Shown here: positions 56,958-64,000 of the stretch, piece after piece
Layout of the letters: each line of letters opens with the position of its first letter
How positions within the stretch are numbered: position 1 is the first letter of the stretch
Origin: the human T2T-CHM13v2.0 reference genome, Homo sapiens
DNA: 64,000 nt
Direction: 5' to 3' (one strand)
Assembly (NCBI RefSeq): GCF_009914755.1
Contig: NC_060934.1
Program-made: the position numbers and the translations under genes
The notes under the pieces: generated by a model
The model's database searches: none
What the model saw: only the letters and a program-made list of their open reading frames with translations
What the model was told of the DNA's origin: nothing

Positions 56958-58493
56958 CTTTGTGGTTTTATCTACTTTTGGTCTTTGATGATGGTGATGT
57001 ACAGATGGGTTTTTGGTGTGGATGTCCTTTCTGTTTGTTAGTTTTCCTTCTAACAGACAGGACCCTCAGCTGCAGGTCTGTTGGAATACCCTGCCGTGTG
57101 AGGTGTCAGTGTGCCCCTGCTGGGGGGTGCCTCCCAGTTAGGCTGCTCGGGAGTCAGGGGTCAGGGACCCACTTGAGGAGGCAGTCTGCCCGTTCTCAGA
57201 TCTCCAGCTGCATGCTGGGAGAACCACTGCTCTCTTCAAAGCTCAGATGGAAATGCAGAAATCACCTGTCTTCTGCGTCGCTCACGCTAGGAGCTGTAGA
57301 CCGGAGCTGTTCCTATTTGGCCATCTTGGCTCCTCCCCCTCGATCTCTGCCTTCTTTCTACAAGAATCTCTCATGTCAGTCTCTGCCAACCCCCATCGGT
57401 ATGACAAAGGCATTTCAAATACTACACACACACACCCCATGAGGTGGGTGTTATTATTGACACTTATGGGCAGGAATATTAGTACTATAGCTTAAGTAGC
57501 TTGACCAGAGAATGCTAGTGGGTCACTGTTAGGACCAGGTTTACAGCCCAGATGGAAGCAGCTCTCACTACCTCATCATGGTGCCTCTGGAAATTCCACA
57601 AGCCTATTATCATCAGCAAACACCATGTCCTCTTCATTCCTGACCTTCACACCCACCTTGCTTTCTTGAGCTTCCTACCCTGGTTGTCAGCATTTCTATC
57701 TATAATACCAACAGTCCTAAGATGCATATTTTGTAGACAGTCTTTCTCTTTATGGGAGTCTAAGAAAAAACTTAGATTTTATTTTCTTGTCTTGGTTTAC
57801 TGGAGAACCATCAATTCAGTATCATTTTGAAAGGAAGGACTTCCGCTCATAAGTCAGACTTAGCCTTGGACGGTGTGTGGGGAATGTGGGGCTATTGCAA
57901 TACGAGGAGGAGATCTGGCTGCTTATTCTAGGTGCATAACAATCACGTTCACTTTAGAAGACTGAGACTCTTCAGATCGATGCACTTGGTCTTTTCTTCT
58001 GGGAACCTTTTGGAGCATTTATCTTGTAGGTCTCATGACGTTTCTGGCAAGCTGTAGCCTCAGAGAGAAGAAATATGGAGCTGACAAAAAGAATGCAGAT
58101 GTGCAGAGAGTATCAGTGAGTTCTCGCAAGGGTATCACACATAGGACGCTCTGGCTTGGAGGATCCTGGTCCTGATCCACATCTCCTGGTCCTGGATCTA
58201 CATATCCTGCCACTGACCGACAACTTTCTAGTTGCTGCTTCCATTATCTTATATCCCAAGTGAAATTAGCAGAACTTCCTACATTAATGTGCATATCACC
58301 TTATCTCCATTCAAGAACAATCATCAGGAAGTTCTGCCTCATTTATTATTTTAACTGTTCATCTTTGTTTATATGTCCCTTATTGGTGGTCTTGTCATTT
58401 TGGCTTCTTCATGACGTGTCATGGTGTAGTCCATTAAAGCAACAGTACCCAAGGACCATGGTTAGAATTGGACGTTTAAAACCTTAAGGTCAG

Positions 58494-58797
58494 GGCTGGG
58501 TCTGGTGGCTCATGCCTGTAATCTCAGCACTTTGGAAGGACAAGGCAGGCAGATGGCTTGAGGACAGGAGTTCAAGACCAGCCTGGTCAAGAGGGCGAAA
58601 CCCCATCTCTACTAAAAATACAAAAATTTAGTTGAGTGTGGTGGTGCGCACATGTAGTTCCAGCTACTAGGGAGGTCGAGGCACGAGAATCTCTTGAATC
58701 TGGGAGGTGGAGGTGGTGGTTGCAGTGAGTTGAGATCACACCACTACACTCCAGCCTAGGTGACAGAGTGAGACTCTGTCTCAAGAAAAATAATAGT
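58494..58797 (+). mobile_element. Alu (AluJ/S-like)
   Basis: Full Alu; TSD taaaaccttaaggYca at 58477-58492 and 59102-59117, which also encloses the next Alu. Confidence 0.92.
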
Positions 58798-58798
58798 A

Positions 58799-59169
<371 letters not shown>

Positions 59170-59352
59170 CTAACCTAACTCATGGTACATAAAAATACAA
59201 ATCAGAAACTCAGTCGGTTCATTGATAATGAGATAAATATTGAAACATTGTATCTGCTTGTGTTCACCAGATGTCTGGCTTGCAGGTGGAGTGTTTTCCA
59301 CCATTATCTGACGGTGGTTATGTTGTGAAACCAAGGTTCCCATCCTTTATGT

Positions 59353-60238
<886 letters not shown>

Positions 60239-60250
60239 CAATAAAACTTA

Positions 60251-60543
<293 letters not shown>

Positions 60544-61258
60544 TCACCACCTTTCCAGCTTACATCACAGTTTGCTGTGTCTGGCTGCTTCGCAATCCCA
60601 AAAGGGACGGTGTTTTCCTTCGTAGCAGCCAATCAACTCTTATCCTATCCTGTTTTTCTAGGGAATAAATACTGATTTTTAATGAATGCGCAGTAAAAAT
60701 ATTAAATATACATACACTCATGCTATGACTGTGGGCCATATTTTTTCTTCCAGAAATGGCACAAAATAAATAATTCATATACTGAGAAGTTAGCTGTAAG
60801 CATGGCATTAAATTTTCTGATTTTTAAGTTCAACAACATTGGAATATTTGGTGATAATGAATTATTAAAGGTGTCTTGGTCAGAAAATGTCAATGCCTCT
60901 TTCCCGAAGTGACATTATTTCTGTTCCAAATAGGATTGTTTAAAAAAATTGCTGGAAGAACAGTGAGAGTTAGGAAAAACATCATTTAATTTTATTAATG
61001 TCAAAAGTTTCTTAAAGTTCAAGTGGTTAATTTCTAAATGGGTGTTTATGCAGAAATGTCCAAATATTTGCAAGAATAAAATAATCATAGCAATTGCAAA
61101 GGGAATTGAGAGATGTATAGACGGTTTGGGAGGAAATATTTGTTTCTAAAGCAACTTGCTATTAAAGAGAAGGCCCAGTGAAAAATTTAGCACGGTTAAC
61201 ACTAACATAGCATCAAGGATGTCAAGGATAGTTGCAAATTTAGTCTCCTGAAGATCTT

Positions 61259-61571
61259 TTTTTTTTTTTTTTTTTTTTTTTTGAGACAGGATGTTTCTCT
61301 GCCACCGAGGCTGGAATACAATGGTGCAATCTCAGCTCAGTTCACTGCAACCTCTGCCTCCCGGGCTCCAGCGATCCTCCCACCTCAGCTTCTTTAGGAG
61401 CTGGAACTACAGGTGTGCTCCACCATGCCAGGCTAATTTTTTTACTTTTTGTAGAGATGGGGTTTTGCCATGTTTCCCAGACTGGTCCCAAACTCCCAGG
61501 CTCAAGTGGTCCTCCTGCCTTGGCCTTCCAAAGTGCTAAGATTATAGGCATGAGCCACCACACCCAGTCAC
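61259..61571 (-). mobile_element. AluJ
   Basis: gcgatcctcccacctcag; perfect 17-bp TSD agtctcctgaagatctt. Confidence 0.94.
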
Positions 61572-61815
61572 AGTCTCCTGAAGATCTTAAAGAAGAATGA
61601 TCTTCAACCTGATTCAATTCATCAAAGATTATATAACGGTAACATAGTCCAACTTGTGTATTTTTTGTGTAGGTTACAAAAAGCCTAAGCGTGATGCCTG
61701 CCCTAGAGAAGCTTGAAGTCTACCTGGGAAAAGCCATCTATCTACATACATAAGACAGTTACAAAAAAATCAAGTAAGTGTTGCGCAGAATGTCTGGAAT
61801 ATAAGTGTTACATGA

Positions 61816-62985
<1,170 letters not shown>

Positions 62986-63259
62986 AAAATGGAGGAACAT
63001 ATTTGACAAGGTGACTTCTGTATTCAGAAATGTTCATGTTAGTCACTGCAGTGTGTTGGCCAGTGAGGAGCCTGGCCTGAGTGACTGGACCAGAGGATTC
63101 TGAGAGTGGGAAATAAAGTGGGCAGGTAAGAAGAGGCTTGCTCACAAAGCCCCAGAGAGCGGGCAAACCCATGAAACTACGGAGTAAGACTTTGATGAGC
63201 TGCAGCAGCTCTTATCTGGGATGTGGCATGGAAAAAGCAACATACTGAAAAGATCAGTC

Positions 63260-64000
63260 CATTAATTCATTTATCAAACATATATGCCTATCATGTGTGC
63301 AGAGCTAGTCTAGATGCTGGGGACATGGTAGTAAACATTACAGATAAACTGCTTCTCCATGCGAGCTTAAATTTTGGTGAGAGGAGACAAAGGATATGCA
63401 AATAAATTATGTGTGTGCACGCGTGTGTGTGTGTGTGTGTAAAATAAGTCAGAATAATAAGTGCTATGGGAAAAAGTAAAGCAGAGTAAGGGAAGAGGGA
63501 GGAAGACTGTTTTAGACAGGGGAAGGGCATGGAGAGATTCTCTGAGCAGATCCTAGCATGAAGAGAAGGAGCAAGACCAATGGCCATCTAAAATGAAAAT
63601 ATCCCAGGCCGTGGGAATGGTGACTGCAGAGGCCCTGAGGTGGGGACATGCAGGCATGCCGGAGGAGCTGAGGGTTGGACAGTTGTGGCCATAGCCAAGG
63701 CCAGCGGGAGATGGGGGCGCGGAATGTGAAGGACTGAAGATTGTGTGACCATTATAAGGACTTTGGCATTTACTCTGAGTGAGACGGAAAATCACTGGAG
63801 GCTTTTGAGCACCACAGAGACATTTTAGAAGGAACTTTCTGGCAGCTATAAGAAGTATAGTCAGAAAGTAGCAAGAGGACAATGAGATCACCCAGTCAGG
63901 ATCCTGTAATAGACCAGGTATGAAAAGGTTGGCTTGGACTAAAGTGATATTGGTGGAGGAGGTGAGAAGGGGTTAGATTCTGGCTATATTTATGAAGAGA
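63260..64000 (-). mobile_element. L2 LINE 3' portion
   Basis: cattaattcatttatcaaacatat...ctagatgctggggac...tgcagaggccctgaggtggg...taaggactttggcattttactctgagtgaga. Confidence 0.8.

Noticed and set aside
56960-57495. 160-aa and 82-aa plus-strand ORFs over the L1 5'UTR, considered as ORF0
   Set aside because: True ORF0 lies in the segment removed by splicing; these are incidental antisense frames

Overview
This is repeat-dense great-ape (human-like) genomic DNA, intergenic or deep intronic. I cannot tell human from another great ape from sequence alone. I recognise no host protein-coding gene, RNA gene or CRISPR array. Every long ORF derives from a transposable element: L1 ORF1/ORF2 or HSMAR1 transposase fragments. 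Main contents: a near full-length HSMAR1 mariner inside L2 (2601-3898); a decayed ~8 kb L1MA9-like element with nested insertions (12490-20430); about 15 solo LTRs (THE1/MST/MLT1/MLT2/MER41); DNA-transposon relics (MER58A, MER63A, Tigger3, MER1A); about 17 Alus; and a minus-strand L1PA2-type element (51810-57339). The most informative locus is 51438-57359. The L1 there is a spliced retrocopy (SpIRE97/622 type): its 5'UTR intron is removed exactly at the known donor and acceptor. It inserted into the target-site duplication of an older Alu, and that Alu carries a twin-priming-like 5' inversion, so the same ~16-bp target appears three times. Smaller rearrangement scars include a micro-inversion plus palindrome in MER1A, an L1 RT core replaced by foreign sequence, a 66-bp tandem duplication and an arm-fused AluY. 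I found no evidence for a wholly new biological system. The findings are unusual instances of known retrotransposition and repair mechanisms, plus weak candidate lncRNA exons. Subfamily names come from remembered consensus features and need RepeatMasker/Dfam confirmation.
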